DNA of 64,000 nt from Chlorobiales bacterium (GTDB lineage: Bacteria > Bacteroidota > Chlorobiia > Chlorobiales > Chlorobiaceae). Made by a program: the position numbers and the translations under genes. The stretch spans positions 2,529 to 66,528 of the forward strand of contig JAKSDC010000019.1 in assembly GCA_022360275.1 (NCBI GenBank), in the 5' to 3' direction. The notes under the pieces are model-generated. The model had not been told where the DNA came from. It made no database searches and saw nothing but the letters and a program-made list of their open reading frames with translations. Numbering within the stretch: the first letter of the stretch is position 1; each line of letters starts with the position of its first letter. Below are positions 48,951 through 60,992 of this stretch, piece after piece.

Positions 48951-49133
48951 CGGCAAACCCTAAAATTCGATAAACAAACAAACCAACAATCCGTCTTTTT
49001 GCTTTTGGCTTCCGAATCCAAGATTTTTCCCGTCGGACTGCATTTCAACGGCGAACCTTGAAATGCCTCGAAAAAAACAGTACATTAGCGGCTGATGAAA
49101 GAAGCCTTTCCGAACACATTCACACAAGAAGAG

Positions 49134-50132
49134 ATGAACAAACTGATCACTATCGAGCGCCATTTTGTTGAAGAGCAGAAACTTAATCCACATGCTACCG
49201 GAGAGCTTACAGACCTGCTCTACGATGTCGCTTTTGCAGCGAAACTTGTCAGACGGGAAGTGGTACGGGCCGGGCTGGTTGATATTTTAGGCATGGCAGG
49301 GACGACAAATGTCCAGGGAGAAGAAGTAAAAAAACTCGATCTGTTTGCGAACGAAAAAATCATCAACGCGATCGGTCAACATGGAAGATTTGCGATCATG
49401 GGTTCAGAGGAAAACGAGGGAACGATTGCTCCCCCGAAAAACGAATCGGGAAAATATGTGCTTCTTTTCGATCCGCTCGACGGATCATCGAACATCGACG
49501 TCAATGTCAGCGTAGGAACCATCTTCTCGATCTACCGCCTTACCGGCGACAACCCGCGCGAAGCGGATCTGAAAGACTGTCTCCAGAAAGGATCACAGCA
49601 GGTTGCTGCAGGTTATGTGATCTATGGCTCTTCAGTTGTAATGGTTTACAGCAGCGGGCATGGTGTACATGGCTTCACCTATGATCCGACCATCGGGGAG
49701 TTCCTGCTTTCCCATGAAAACATTACCACGCCGAAAAAAGGAAAATACTACTCGATCAACGAGGGATCCTGGCACCAGTTACATGATTCCACCATCGACT
49801 ACATCAATTACCTGAAAGAAGAGGACAAGGAAACAGGCCGCCCTTACAGCACCCGTTATATCGGTTCGCTGGTAGCCGATTTTCACCGCAATCTTCTCAC
49901 AGGAGGGGTCTTCGTCTACCCTGCAACGAAAAAACATCCCAACGGCAAACTGCGCCTGATGTACGAAGCCAACCCGCTTGCCTTTATCTGCGAACAGGCG
50001 GGAGGCAGGGCAACCAACGGAAAAGAGCGCATTCTCGATATCGAACCCACCGAACTGCACCAGAGAACACCGCTGTACATCGGGAGCGAAAACGACGTAA
50101 TGAAAGCAGAAGACTTTGAAAAGAATTGTTAA
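49134..50132 (+). CDS. fbp: Class 1 fructose-1,6-bisphosphatase
   Basis: [38 protein letters not shown]; start taken as [10 protein letters not shown]. Confidence 0.96.
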   Translation: MNKLITIERHFVEEQKLNPHATGELTDLLYDVAFAAKLVRREVVRAGLVDILGMAGTTNVQGEEVKKLDLFANEKIINAIGQHGRFAIMGSEENEGTIAPPKNESGKYVLLFDPLDGSSNIDVNVSVGTIFSIYRLTGDNPREADLKDCLQKGSQQVAAGYVIYGSSVVMVYSSGHGVHGFTYDPTIGEFLLSHENITTPKKGKYYSINEGSWHQLHDSTIDYINYLKEEDKETGRPYSTRYIGSLVADFHRNLLTGGVFVYPATKKHPNGKLRLMYEANPLAFICEQAGGRATNGKERILDIEPTELHQRTPLYIGSENDVMKAEDFEKNC

Positions 50133-50250
50133 CGCAAATCAACGGCGTGCTGCGCTTTTTTGATTTCCGGCTTTTCCTCTAATTCTCTATTTCATAAAAG
50201 ATTGCGTAAATTCACCCTGTGGTTTTCTGATCATTAAGTATGCTGAGAGT

Positions 50251-51069
50251 ATGGGAAAAAAAACAGCAAATATACTTTTTATAGGAGATGTCGTCGGAAA
50301 ACCGGGGCTGCAAATGGTAAGCCATATGCTGAAAGGCTTTATCAGCAAACATTCGATTGATTTCGTGATCTGTAACGGCGAAAATGCTCATAACGGCAAA
50401 GGCATGAGCAAGGAAGCCCTGTGCCAGCTGCGAGAAGCGGGTGTTAACGTGATTACGGGGGGAAACCATACCTGGAACAACTTCAACTTTTTTGAAACCC
50501 TGAAAACCGATCCGCATGTCCTCAGACCTCATAACTACCCCAAAGGTGCATATGGAAAAGGGTTCGGCATCTACCCCATGCCGGACGGTCTCGGCAATAT
50601 CGCCGTTATCAACCTTCAGGGAAGAACATTCATGTCCACCATCGAATGTCCCTTCAGAACTGCCGATTGGATAATCAAACAGGTAAAGGACAAAGCCCGC
50701 TACATCTTTATCGACATGCATGCTGAAGCCACTGCGGAAAAAATCGCCCTGGGCTGGTACCTCGACGGAAGGGTATCAGCCGTTATCGGAACCCATACTC
50801 ACATCCAGACTGCCGACGAACGAATTCTTCCAAACGGCACCGGATATTGTTCCGATACCGGGATGACCGGACCATATCAGTCGGTTATCGGCATGCAGAT
50901 AAAATCCGCAACAGACCGTTTTCTCTTCCAGACACCTCACAAATACGAATGTGCCGAGGACGATGTTCACCTGTCGGCTATTCTGCTGCAACTCGATCCG
51001 GAAACCGGAAAAACAGCCGGCATCGAAAGGATCTTCTACCCCGAATTCAACCGCGGACAGCTTTTCTGA
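50251..51069 (+). CDS. YmdB-like (TIGR00282) metallophosphoesterase
   Basis: GDVVG, NGEN, GNH, DMHAEATAEK, GTHTH, DTGMTG. Confidence 0.93.
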   Translation: MGKKTANILFIGDVVGKPGLQMVSHMLKGFISKHSIDFVICNGENAHNGKGMSKEALCQLREAGVNVITGGNHTWNNFNFFETLKTDPHVLRPHNYPKGAYGKGFGIYPMPDGLGNIAVINLQGRTFMSTIECPFRTADWIIKQVKDKARYIFIDMHAEATAEKIALGWYLDGRVSAVIGTHTHIQTADERILPNGTGYCSDTGMTGPYQSVIGMQIKSATDRFLFQTPHKYECAEDDVHLSAILLQLDPETGKTAGIERIFYPEFNRGQLF

Positions 51070-51358
51070 TTGGGCCGGATGGACACGAAAACCTTGACCG
51101 GCTTCACCGCTGCAAAAGCCTTAACGGGCAAAAGTGCTCCGCTTTTTTCTCATGGTATTGTTCGATTTAATGTCCATGGATAAAAGATGTTCTCAGACTG
51201 ACAACACCTCTATAATATGACACTGCTGCGTTTGAATCAACAACCCACGCCTCCTCTTGTCGACCACCCGTCATTGTCACTGGCGCACATCCCCGTGAAC
51301 AAAAAAACACCCTCTCTTGTTTTATACTCTGAGCATTGCTGCCAAAACGTCAAGAGCC

Positions 51359-52282
51359 ATGGAAAAGCCGAGGTCCGTTGCAAAAGTATTTAAAAGCAAG
51401 CCGGTTACGGAAGGGGCCGGAGTACAACTCAAACGGGCATTCGGTTCCAGCCAGGTCCCGCTCTTCGATCCGTTTCTGCTGCTGGACGATTTCCGTTCGG
51501 ACAATCCTGCCGATTACCTGAAAGGGTTCCCATGGCATCCTCATCGCGGTATCGAAACCATCACCTACCTTCTTGAAGGAAGTGTCCAACATCATGACAG
51601 TCTCGGCAACAAAGGCGTGATTCATCACGGCGAAGTTCAGTGGATGACCGCCGGCAGCGGTATCATCCATGAAGAGATGCCTTTCGGCAACAGCAAAGGA
51701 ACCGTTGCCGGTTTCCAGCTATGGGCGAATCTTCCTGCATCGCAGAAAATGATGCCGCCACGTTACCGAAGCATCACGGCAGAGATGATCCCCGTGGCAC
51801 ACCTGCAAAACGGCGTCTCCATTCGTATTATCTCCGGAGCAGCCGACGGCAAAAACGGGCCGGTTGAAGGAGTCGTTACTGACCCCGAGTATCTCGATGT
51901 TACTGTTCCATCAGCAACCGGCTGGGATCACGCAGTCAAGCAAGGCTATACTGTTTTCGCCTATATCGTTGCCGGAGAAGGCTATTTCAGCCACAATACC
52001 GACCTGTTTTCTTTCGATTCCGAGGGGGTAAATTATTTCGACATGGAAACCGGACCGCTCATGGACAACGAAACCCTGGTGCTGTATGATGAACACGGCG
52101 ACCATGTTCACGTTTCGACCGAAAACAGCCCCGTGAGATTTTTGTTGTTTTCCGGCAAGCCGCTGCATGAACCGATTGCCTGGCATGGCCCGATTGTAAT
52201 GAATACCCGCAAGGAACTGCAAACCGCCTTCGAGGAATACAATAACGGGACCTTTCTTAAGGAACATCATTCGGAACCATGA
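51359..52282 (+). CDS. Pirin-family bicupin
   Basis: DPFLLLD, HPHRGIET, WMTAGSGIIHEE, GPIVMNT. Confidence 0.93.
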   Translation: MEKPRSVAKVFKSKPVTEGAGVQLKRAFGSSQVPLFDPFLLLDDFRSDNPADYLKGFPWHPHRGIETITYLLEGSVQHHDSLGNKGVIHHGEVQWMTAGSGIIHEEMPFGNSKGTVAGFQLWANLPASQKMMPPRYRSITAEMIPVAHLQNGVSIRIISGAADGKNGPVEGVVTDPEYLDVTVPSATGWDHAVKQGYTVFAYIVAGEGYFSHNTDLFSFDSEGVNYFDMETGPLMDNETLVLYDEHGDHVHVSTENSPVRFLLFSGKPLHEPIAWHGPIVMNTRKELQTAFEEYNNGTFLKEHHSEP

Positions 52283-52917
52283 CAAAAAAGTTTCTCTTTG
52301 TTGCGGGCAGTACGACATTTCTTCTCGTCATAATCATCCTGTCGGGTTTCTTGCTGCCAATGCACAGGGTTTCCGATGAAGCAATCCGCTCGGCCCGGCA
52401 GGCTGTTTCCGAATATCTGCTCAATCATCCATTTGACTCCCCACCTCAGTACCTTGCCGTCGTTGATTACACAAAACCGTCATCTTTCAAACGAATGGTC
52501 GTTATCGAGATGAAAAGCGGGTCAAAACGCTATTACCGTGTTGCTCACGCCGGCAAAAGCGGCTCATTGTATGCCATGAAATTTTCAAACATCGAGGGTT
52601 CCAACATGAGCAGTCTCGGTCTTTACAAAACCGGCAACGCTTACCGGGGAGATCACGGCCTCGCCATGAGGCTTCACGGGCTCGATTCACTGAAAAACGA
52701 CAACGCTTTTGCGAGAGATATCGTACTGCACTCTGCGGATTATGTCTCCATTCCCGTCATCATCGAGAACATCCTGACGCTCAACGGTCCGAGAATCGGC
52801 CGGAGCAACGGCTGCTTCGTAGTTGCACCTTCGAAAATCGAAGAGGTTGTCGACAAACTCAGCAGAGGAGGGTTTCTTTATGCGTATGGCAAAGAAGAAG
52901 CCAGCATTAAGGAGTAA
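52279..52917 (+). CDS. Murein L,D-transpeptidase catalytic-domain family protein (YkuD_2-like)
   Basis: N-terminal TM/signal; DYTKPS, VAHAG, SSLG, catalytic VLHSA..GRSNGC. Confidence 0.82.
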   Translation: MTKKFLFVAGSTTFLLVIIILSGFLLPMHRVSDEAIRSARQAVSEYLLNHPFDSPPQYLAVVDYTKPSSFKRMVVIEMKSGSKRYYRVAHAGKSGSLYAMKFSNIEGSNMSSLGLYKTGNAYRGDHGLAMRLHGLDSLKNDNAFARDIVLHSADYVSIPVIIENILTLNGPRIGRSNGCFVVAPSKIEEVVDKLSRGGFLYAYGKEEASIKE

Positions 52918-53105
52918 GTAGCCAGAATATCCACCCGGTTACGGGACTATCAGTTGACAGAAGACAAAACGGAGCATTTCAATTCCGGCACAATTTTAGG
53001 CAGTAAAGAAACGATCGCCTTGAATAACAGCAGCGAAGGACTCAAGGGTAAGTCAGAAACAAGTGACGAGCGATAAGATGGCAAAAGGACCATTTTTGAG
53101 GCATC

Positions 53106-54071
53106 CTAGGACATTTCGAGCATGCGCCGGATGGGCCTCAGCGCCGCCAGGCGCAGGGGTTCATCGACGACTATCTGCGGCCGTCGATTCTCCATGCACC
53201 GCCAAAGTTTTTCAAGCGTGTTCTGCTTCATCTGTGTGCAGGTGCTCCAGGGGTGCGAAGCATCCTTTGGCGCGGGAATGAAGGTTTTTTCGGGCGAGCG
53301 CTTCCTCATTTCGTACAAAATGCCTGGTTCTGTCGCAACAATGAAAGTTTTGCCGCGACTCTGCTCGGCATACCTGAGCAATCCGCTGGTGGATCCTACA
53401 AAATCCGCATGCTGCAGCAAATCCTCACGACACTCGGGATGAGCTATCAATTCAGCTTCCGGATTTGTATCAACCGCTTTTTTTATGACCCCCCAGTTGA
53501 AAGCTTCATGAACATAACAGTATCCCTGCCAGAGAATCATTTTTCTGCCAAGCTTTTTCATGACGTAGCTGCCGAGATTTCTATCCGGCCCGAAAATAAT
53601 TTCCTTGTCTTCCGGAATCTGCCGAACGATTCGCTCTGCATTGGACGAAGTGCAGATAATATCCGACTCGGCCTTGATTTCCGCCGTGGAATTGATATAG
53701 CTGATAACCACGGCATCAGGATGCTCTGCCTTGAACGCCCTGAACTTCTCAGTCGGACAACTGTCGGCAAGTGGACACCCGGCATGGTCGTCCGGCATGA
53801 GCACAAGCTTGTCAGGGTTGAGAATGCTTGCTGTCTCTCCCATAAAATAAACACCGGCAAAAACAATGACATCGGCATCGGTGTTTTCAGCCGCACGGGC
53901 AAGAGCAAGACTGTCCCCGACGATATCCGCTGCATCCTGAACCTCGGGGACCGTGTAATAGTGGGCAAGAATTATCGCCCGCATCTCTTTTTTCAGTTTT
54001 TCAATGCGCCGGGCAAGCTCTCTTGTCCGCACATCGGCAGATCTATCGTTTTTTACGTCAACTGCTGTCAT
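53106..54071 (-). CDS. nadA: Quinolinate synthase NadA
   Basis: LAHYY, GDSL, GCPLA, YINS, CYVH, HPEC, GSTS, CTQMK. Confidence 0.95.
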   Translation of the reverse strand: MTAVDVKNDRSADVRTRELARRIEKLKKEMRAIILAHYYTVPEVQDAADIVGDSLALARAAENTDADVIVFAGVYFMGETASILNPDKLVLMPDDHAGCPLADSCPTEKFRAFKAEHPDAVVISYINSTAEIKAESDIICTSSNAERIVRQIPEDKEIIFGPDRNLGSYVMKKLGRKMILWQGYCYVHEAFNWGVIKKAVDTNPEAELIAHPECREDLLQHADFVGSTSGLLRYAEQSRGKTFIVATEPGILYEMRKRSPEKTFIPAPKDASHPWSTCTQMKQNTLEKLWRCMENRRPQIVVDEPLRLAALRPIRRMLEMS

Positions 54072-54165
54072 GATAAGCCGAAAAAAATATTGCTTTGGAA
54101 TCCGATCCGGCCGGAACGGTGATGTTACTACCACTCAAACACCATGTGAAACACTGAGGGGGCGT

Positions 54166-54549
54166 TTACTTCAGATAATACTCAAGTTCATCGTCCTCTC
54201 TGATGAGCAGCAGTATCGCAGCATGAGGAGCAATGAGATACTTTTCCCCATCATATTCAATCTCATATGCGCTGCTCTGAATAAATATCGCCAGATCACC
54301 GACTTTTGCCTGGAGGGGGATGTACTGCGGAGTTGAGACTTCCTCCATCCACGGCTCATCACTCTCCGGAGGAGGGCCGACCGGATACCCTGGGCCGATT
54401 TTCAACACGTAACCGCTTTGTATTTTCTCTTTTTCCTGAACACCGGGAGGCAGATAGATACCGGCCTTTGTTCGATCGTCACCCGACCGAGGCTTGATCA
54501 GCACCCTGTCTCCGACAACAACAAATTTGTCAGTTACGTTTAAACTCAT
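54166..54549 (-). CDS. GroES-like co-chaperonin (orphan paralogue)
   Basis: GDRVLIKP..TKAGIYLP..G.VL.IGPG..KVGD..YLI; no groEL adjacent. Confidence 0.8.
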   Translation of the reverse strand: MSLNVTDKFVVVGDRVLIKPRSGDDRTKAGIYLPPGVQEKEKIQSGYVLKIGPGYPVGPPPESDEPWMEEVSTPQYIPLQAKVGDLAIFIQSSAYEIEYDGEKYLIAPHAAILLLIREDDELEYYLK

Positions 54550-54690
54550 AATTTTAACTCATTCCTGTGTAGCGCTCTGTAAACCGGTAAATTTAATAAA
54601 ATCAAGGTGCCTGCCAAATCAGTCGGATCGGTATGACCCAGACATCCAGATTCTTGCAACAATGCTGTTACAGCCATCTTCTGACGTGGA

Positions 54691-55605
54691 ATGGAGCATA
54701 ACGAAAGGGTTCGCTCGGAACAAAGCTTCAGAGGTGGAAAAGCAAAAAAAGGCCTGAAATACGCGGTTGTCATTACTGCAGCCATCTTTTTTGTCGAGCT
54801 TGTCGGCGGATTACTCTCCGGAAGTCTTGCGCTTATAGCCGACGCCGGCCACATGGTTACCGATCTTTTTGCTCTGCTGATCAGTTTTCTCGCCATCAAG
54901 TTCAGTACTAAACCATCCACAAAGCAACGTTCATACGGTTATTTCCGGCTGGAGATCATTGCTGCGCTGATCAACGGAGTGATCCTTTGTATCACGGCAC
55001 TTTTTGTCACGCTGGAAGCATGGAAGCGCATTGCAATGCCGAAGGAAATTCAAACCGTAGAGATGCTTTCTTTCGGTATCATAGGTCTGACGGCAAATGT
55101 CATCAGTGCGCTCCTGCTCAGAAAAGAAAAGGATAGCAGCGTCAATGTCAAGGCTGCCTATGTTCATATACTAAGCGACCTTGCCGGATCAGTCGGCGTT
55201 GTAGGAGGCGCAATCCTGATTCATTTCACAGGCTGGGTGACTCTGGACAGCTTTATCAGCTTTTTTATTGCCGCTCTCATTGTGAGAAGCGCATTGAACA
55301 TTATCAAAGAGGCGGTCAATGTACTCATGGAGTCTGTTCCGAAAGAACTGGACATCGGAGATATAGAAAAAACCCTGCTGTGTTTCGAACACGTTCAAAA
55401 TCTGCACGACCTGCACGTGTGGGCACTCACGAGTGGAATCAATGCATTGAGCTGTCACCTTCAGGTGGACGATCTTCAGGAAGGACAGAAACTTCTGATT
55501 CCCATCCATAGAGAGTTGAAGGAAAAGTATAATATTGATCATGTGACGATTCAGCTTGAAGACAAACGATTCTTAAAAGAAAAAAGTACAAGCGCAACTC
55601 ACTGA
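54691..55605 (+). CDS. Cation diffusion facilitator (CzcD/ZitB-like)
   Basis: LIADAGHMVTD, SYGYFRLE, HILSD, LHDLHVW, HVTIQ. Confidence 0.93.
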   Translation: MEHNERVRSEQSFRGGKAKKGLKYAVVITAAIFFVELVGGLLSGSLALIADAGHMVTDLFALLISFLAIKFSTKPSTKQRSYGYFRLEIIAALINGVILCITALFVTLEAWKRIAMPKEIQTVEMLSFGIIGLTANVISALLLRKEKDSSVNVKAAYVHILSDLAGSVGVVGGAILIHFTGWVTLDSFISFFIAALIVRSALNIIKEAVNVLMESVPKELDIGDIEKTLLCFEHVQNLHDLHVWALTSGINALSCHLQVDDLQEGQKLLIPIHRELKEKYNIDHVTIQLEDKRFLKEKSTSATH

Positions 55606-55613
55606 TAATCAAC

Positions 55614-56474
55614 GTGCCGAAGTTTTTTAAATTTTTCATCAACAACAACGCCTACCTGCTCCTGCTGCTTTACTGCGGCATAGCGGGACTGCTCATCAGG
55701 TTCGAGGATGCTTACTCACTCAAAAGCCTTATGTCCAGAGGAACCGAACTGAGAGCGGCCCTGTCACAAGGCCTGAGTGACATAAGCCTGTATATCAACC
55801 TTAAAAAAGAAAACGAAAAACTGACGTTACAGAACTCGGCACTGCTTGCCGACGTTATTGTAAAAGGCAACGCCTTGCGGGATACTGCTACTGTAAACCG
55901 CGCCGTTCAGTTTATGGAGAACAGCCCGGTCAAGCTTATCCCGGCAAGAGTAGTGGAACGAAGATTCAACACAAGGGAAAATGTGCTGATCATCAATGCG
56001 GGCTCCAGACAGGGTATTGAAAAGGATATGGCGGTGCTTACGCCGGATGGTCTGGTAGGGAGGGTTATTGAGGTTTCGTACAATTATGCGAAGGTAATGC
56101 CGGTAATACACTCGGAATTTAGTGTCAGCGTCGTATCCGACAGCAACAACACACATGGAATCCTGAGTTGGAACGGCGGGGAAGAACAGACTGCGCAAAT
56201 GCATTATGTCCCTTTAAGCAGTACGATTCATGAAAGCGAAAAAATTTATACGGCCGATTTCAGTACCTTTGCCCTTCAAGGCATCCCCATAGGCAAAGTA
56301 GTTGAGGTAATACCTGAAAAACAGTTTTACAAAATCAATGTCCGGTTGGGGGTCAATTTTTCAACCCTGACCTACGTTCTTGTAGCGGAAAAAACAACAG
56401 ACCCGGAAAAAGTAGAGTTGATGAGGAACAGCGGTAATGATACGGAAAACGTCTTGCCGGAAACCGGCCCTTGA
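55614..56474 (+). CDS. mreC: Rod shape-determining protein MreC
   Basis: TM, coiled coil (ENEKL) and beta domain (IINAGS..GI, GLVGRV). Confidence 0.9.
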   Translation: MPKFFKFFINNNAYLLLLLYCGIAGLLIRFEDAYSLKSLMSRGTELRAALSQGLSDISLYINLKKENEKLTLQNSALLADVIVKGNALRDTATVNRAVQFMENSPVKLIPARVVERRFNTRENVLIINAGSRQGIEKDMAVLTPDGLVGRVIEVSYNYAKVMPVIHSEFSVSVVSDSNNTHGILSWNGGEEQTAQMHYVPLSSTIHESEKIYTADFSTFALQGIPIGKVVEVIPEKQFYKINVRLGVNFSTLTYVLVAEKTTDPEKVELMRNSGNDTENVLPETGP

Positions 56475-56533
56475 ATTGAGCAGAGAAAACCATCTCTCAA
56501 AGGCACTTCGATTCACGAAACCATTAGGATAAA

Positions 56534-57028
56534 GTGTTTAAAAATATAATAACAGACACCCTCCTGCTTATTGCACTCTGCATTCTGCAGCAATATGTGG
56601 TATCTCGTTTGGTTATTTTCGGGGTGTTTCCGGATATAGTTACTGTTTTCATTGCTTTTACATCCATCAGATACGGCCAGAAACAGGGAACAACCTACGG
56701 TTTCGTAGCCGGCATTGCAACCGGAATCCTGAGCGGCAATGTGGGAATAGAAACGCTTTCAAAAACCATTGAGGGTTTCGTTGCCGGCTATTTCCATATC
56801 CCGGAAGACAGTCACGCTTCCTCACGGCAGAAAAAACAAATGTATTACAAAGGTGTGCTGCTTGCCTGCCTGACCGGAAGAATTCTTTATACGTTCATGC
56901 TCAATGTGCTCTCATTACCAACGACGTTACACATGGCATACTCCATAGGATTAGCAACGCTGTTGACCATGGTCGTCGCAGCATTTGCCTATCAGATGTT
57001 TTTCAAGAAAATTATTGTAAACAATTAA
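56534..57028 (+). CDS. mreD: Rod shape-determining protein MreD
   Basis: Small polytopic membrane protein located between mreC and mrdA. Confidence 0.82.
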   Translation: MFKNIITDTLLLIALCILQQYVVSRLVIFGVFPDIVTVFIAFTSIRYGQKQGTTYGFVAGIATGILSGNVGIETLSKTIEGFVAGYFHIPEDSHASSRQKKQMYYKGVLLACLTGRILYTFMLNVLSLPTTLHMAYSIGLATLLTMVVAAFAYQMFFKKIIVNN

Positions 57029-57087
57029 GTTCTGCATCTCTGCCATGCTCGACAATCGCTCAGTTTAGAAAACACCCGGTTCAGTTC

Positions 57088-58926
57088 ATGGATAAAATTC
57101 AACATAGAGCCTTCAGTGTTTCACTGGTTGTCATAGCGGTCTTTGCTGTTCTTTTTCTGCGCCTCATGTATCTTCAGGTCTTCGAATACAAAGAACTGGG
57201 CTCCATTTCGGATGCTAACAGTTTGAGGCGAGTATGGGTACAGCCTCCAAGAGGACGGATGATCGATCGAAACGGTGTTGTCGTTGTTGACAACCAGCCG
57301 CTGTACTCCGTCAAGGTTGTTCCGGCCGAGTTTACTGATTCATTGAAAAAAAGCACGCTTGCCGGTCTGCTGGATATATCTTTTGCAGAACTGACGGGAA
57401 GGATACAGAAAGGATTCCGCTATAACCGCTTTGCGCCTGTCGCCGTCGGCAGGGATATCGAGCCGCAGGAAATGATGCGCCTCAGCGAAAACCTCTGGCA
57501 GCTCCCCGGAGTGATGATCGAGGTGGAAAACAAAAGAAAGTATCCTTTGGAACTCGAGGCCTCACATATCCTCGGTTATCTGAACTTCATTTCCAAAAAA
57601 CAGCTCGAAGCGATGTCCGAAAAAGGATATACGCCGGACGACAAAACAGGAAGCAAAGGACTCGAACAAAATTACGAGGATTATCTGAGAGGCAAAAAAG
57701 GTGTACGGTTTGAACTGGTTAGCTCGATCGGCAAATCTGCCGGCAAATTTGAAAGCGGAGCCAGAGACCGCCCGTTCAGTAAAGGCAATGATCTGCATCT
57801 GACTCTTGATGCAGGATTGCAAAAACTTGCAGAAGACCTCCTGAAAGAAACCGGTAAATCGGGGGCTGTCGTGGCCATTGATCCCCGTGACGGAGGAGTC
57901 CTCGCCATGGCAAGCCAGCCTGACTACGATCTCGACATCCTTAACGGGACAACCGACAATAAAAAGTGGCTGGAGATAGTCCGCGATCCCGATAAGCCTC
58001 TTTTCAACCGGGCCATTCAGGCCTCTTACCCTCCAGGATCGGTCTACAAGCTTCTGCTTGCCACAGCCGCCCTTGAAGAAGGCGCTATAACACCCGAGAA
58101 AAAAATTTACTGTACGGGCACTTTCAGACTGGGCCGGGGCCGATTTCTCTGCCATGGGGGTCAGGGACACGGTCCGGTCAATCTGGAACGATCAATTGTA
58201 GAGTCGTGCAACACCTATTACTATAACCTGATTTTCGATCTCGGATTTGAAAAATGGACTTCGTACGGGAGGATGTTCGGATTCGGAAAAACCACCGGTA
58301 TCGACCTCCCAGGAGAGCGGTCGTCACCTCTTCCCTCGGCTGAATATTATGACAAACGGTACGGCAAGGGAAAGTGGACCAGAGGGTATCTCGTCAGCCT
58401 TGCCATCGGACAGGGCGAACTGAACACGACACCGCTGCAGCTTGCAGCCTTTACAGCAACAATAGCCAACAAGGGAACCTGGCACCAGCCCCATCTGGTC
58501 AAGGGATATCTTCCGCATGAGAGTGATACTGTCAAGACTTTTGATTTCAGGAAAAATAAACTGCCGATCTCCGAGAAAACGCTCGAAACGATACGTCAGG
58601 CAATGCTTGGAGTTGCTGAAAGAGGAACCGGAAGACTTGCGGCGGTAAACAATGTCAAGGTTGCAGGGAAAACCGGTACGGCACAGAACCCACATGGCAA
58701 GGATCATGCATGGTTTGTAGCGTTCGCACCTTTTGACGACCCCTCTATTGCGCTCACCGTCCTGGTTGAAAACGCAGGTTACGGCGGAAGTGTAGCCGCA
58801 CCTATAGCCGGAAAATTAATTAATTATTATGTTAACGGTCCCGACACCGCTGACGTGGACAGTCTGTCGGTTGCTGCCGGTCGTATAGACACCAGCCAAT
58901 CAGAACCGCAGGAAAATGATTTATAA
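57088..58926 (+). CDS. mrdA: Penicillin-binding protein 2
   Basis: PPRG.MIDRNG; catalytic SVYK, SCN and KTGTAQ motifs. Confidence 0.95.
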   Translation: MDKIQHRAFSVSLVVIAVFAVLFLRLMYLQVFEYKELGSISDANSLRRVWVQPPRGRMIDRNGVVVVDNQPLYSVKVVPAEFTDSLKKSTLAGLLDISFAELTGRIQKGFRYNRFAPVAVGRDIEPQEMMRLSENLWQLPGVMIEVENKRKYPLELEASHILGYLNFISKKQLEAMSEKGYTPDDKTGSKGLEQNYEDYLRGKKGVRFELVSSIGKSAGKFESGARDRPFSKGNDLHLTLDAGLQKLAEDLLKETGKSGAVVAIDPRDGGVLAMASQPDYDLDILNGTTDNKKWLEIVRDPDKPLFNRAIQASYPPGSVYKLLLATAALEEGAITPEKKIYCTGTFRLGRGRFLCHGGQGHGPVNLERSIVESCNTYYYNLIFDLGFEKWTSYGRMFGFGKTTGIDLPGERSSPLPSAEYYDKRYGKGKWTRGYLVSLAIGQGELNTTPLQLAAFTATIANKGTWHQPHLVKGYLPHESDTVKTFDFRKNKLPISEKTLETIRQAMLGVAERGTGRLAAVNNVKVAGKTGTAQNPHGKDHAWFVAFAPFDDPSIALTVLVENAGYGGSVAAPIAGKLINYYVNGPDTADVDSLSVAAGRIDTSQSEPQENDL

Positions 58927-60394
58927 AGATGACCCGACCCTTATTCAGGGTTTCCTTGAGGATACAAGCAATATCAAAACAGGTCATACACCCGGAGTGT
59001 ATTTTCCGGAAAGTATGGATGATGTTTCAACGCTGCTGCAGAAAAGTGCTTCATCCGGAAAAAGGTTTGTGATATCGGGTAACGGCACCGGCACGACTGG
59101 AGGCAGGATACCGTTCGGCGACCATGTCATTGCCATGGAGAAACTCGACCATATAGAGACACCTGTCAAACGTGAAAGAGACCGTGCGATCATGACAGTT
59201 GGTGCAGGAGCCCTGCTCGAGAACATCCAGAAAAAAGCCGAAAGCCACGGCTGGCTTTATCCACCCGATCCTACAGAAAAACTCTGCTTTATCGGCAGCA
59301 CCATAGCCAACAACTCGTCGGGCGCCCGCACCTACAAGTACGGCCCGACCAGAAATCACATAGCGCGCCTTACCGTTGTTCTGGCTTCCGGAGACATCCT
59401 CGATATTCCGAGAGGGAAATATCGTGCCGACCAAGATGGTATATTCCGCCTTGACCTTCCTCTTGCAGGAAATCTGGAATTCAAAATCCCGGATTATGCC
59501 CTTCCTCGTACCTCAAAACATAATGCAGGCTATTACTCCGCACCCTATATGGACCTTATCGACCTGTTCATAGGCTCTGAAGGGACCCTCGGCGTCATTG
59601 TGGAAGCCGATCTGCAGCTTGTTCCGGTTCCTGAAAAAATCATCGCATGCCTTGTGTATTTCCGCAAGCTCGAAGATCTCCTGTCCTTCGTGGAAAATGC
59701 AAAAAAGAAAAGCGGAGGCGTAAACCCGAGGGCTCTTGAGTTCTTCGATCGTAATTCGCTTGATTTTCTTCGCAAGGTGTATCCCGAGATTCCTGCAGAA
59801 GCTGCAGGCTCTCTGTTTTTCGAGCAAGAAACTGCCATGGAAGAGGAAGACGAAAAACTTGAAGCATGGCTCGAACTGATGGAGCGGTCCAATGCGATGA
59901 CAGATGAATCCTGGGTAGCTCTCGATGTTGACGAACAAAGGGCGATGATAGCTTTCCGCCATGAGCTTCCGGTACAGGTCAACGAATGGCTGAGCACCCA
60001 GTCGAAAAGCAAGATCAGTACCGATATGGCGGTTCCCGATGAATCATTTGCCGAACTTTTCAAGTTTTACCGGGACACCTGTGAACAACAAGGTTTTCGT
60101 TACATCATTTTCGGGCATATCGGCAATTCACACGTCCACCTGAATATTCTGCCGTCCAGCCATGATGAGTTTATGGCGGCAAAAGCCCTTTATCAGGATT
60201 TTGTCGGAAAAGCTCTTGAACTGGGAGGTACCCTTTCAGCTGAACACGGCATTGGAAAACTGAAATCGGAGTATCTTGCGAGAATGTTCGGCAGGAAAGG
60301 CCTGCAAGAAATGGTGAGAATAAAAAAAACTCTCGATCCCAATCTTACGCTCAACATGGGAAATATAATCCCGGAAAATTATTACCAAACCTGA
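58916..60394 (+). CDS. FAD-binding oxidoreductase (GlcD / D-lactate dehydrogenase family)
   Basis: [39 protein letters not shown]. Confidence 0.88.
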   Translation: MIYKDDPTLIQGFLEDTSNIKTGHTPGVYFPESMDDVSTLLQKSASSGKRFVISGNGTGTTGGRIPFGDHVIAMEKLDHIETPVKRERDRAIMTVGAGALLENIQKKAESHGWLYPPDPTEKLCFIGSTIANNSSGARTYKYGPTRNHIARLTVVLASGDILDIPRGKYRADQDGIFRLDLPLAGNLEFKIPDYALPRTSKHNAGYYSAPYMDLIDLFIGSEGTLGVIVEADLQLVPVPEKIIACLVYFRKLEDLLSFVENAKKKSGGVNPRALEFFDRNSLDFLRKVYPEIPAEAAGSLFFEQETAMEEEDEKLEAWLELMERSNAMTDESWVALDVDEQRAMIAFRHELPVQVNEWLSTQSKSKISTDMAVPDESFAELFKFYRDTCEQQGFRYIIFGHIGNSHVHLNILPSSHDEFMAAKALYQDFVGKALELGGTLSAEHGIGKLKSEYLARMFGRKGLQEMVRIKKTLDPNLTLNMGNIIPENYYQT

Positions 60395-60452
60395 GCAGGG
60401 CGTTTCATCTCGTCAGTACAGCGCTTTCTCAAAAACGTTTGAAAACCGAACC

Positions 60453-60926
60453 GTGGCAAAAGAACAGAAAAAACCTCAGTATGTAACCACGATTCTGAAC
60501 CGTAAGGCCAGGCACGAGTACCAGATACTCGATACGATGGTCGCTGGCATTGAACTGAAAGGAAGCGAGGTGAAATCCGTACGTCTCGGTAAAGCCAGCC
60601 TGAACGAAAGTTATGCAATCATTCACAGGGGAGAGGTCTGGCTGGAAAACATGCAGATATCAGCATACGAGCACAACCATGTCGAGCAGCTCGACCCGAA
60701 GAGAACCCGAAAACTGCTGCTTAAACGCGGTGAGATAGAAAAACTCCGGTTGAAGCTGCAGCAAAAAGGCCTCACCCTGATCCCCTTAAAAGCTTTTTTT
60801 AACAACAGAGGCGTTCTCAAAATAGAACTTGGCCTCGCCAAAGGCAAAAAACTGCACGACAAACGCGAGAGCATTAAATCAAGGGAAACCGAACGTCATC
60901 TGCAACGCCTGAAACAGCAATACTGA
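60453..60926 (+). CDS. smpB: SsrA-binding protein
   Basis: [36 protein letters not shown]. Confidence 0.97.
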   Translation: MAKEQKKPQYVTTILNRKARHEYQILDTMVAGIELKGSEVKSVRLGKASLNESYAIIHRGEVWLENMQISAYEHNHVEQLDPKRTRKLLLKRGEIEKLRLKLQQKGLTLIPLKAFFNNRGVLKIELGLAKGKKLHDKRESIKSRETERHLQRLKQQY

Positions 60927-60965
60927 CTCGTGAAGAATCTCCTCTGAAAAAATGGCTTGTAACGA

Positions 60966-60992
60966 GTGATGCCTGACTCGACCCGGCATCCA
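60966..60992. repeat. REP-like hairpin
   Basis: gtgatgcc-tgactcgaccc-ggcatcca; loosely similar to 36071-36100. Confidence 0.4.

Noticed and set aside
55614-58926. mreCD-mrdA without mreB or rodA
   Set aside because: Split mre operons are common and the genes may lie outside the window; not evidence of loss.
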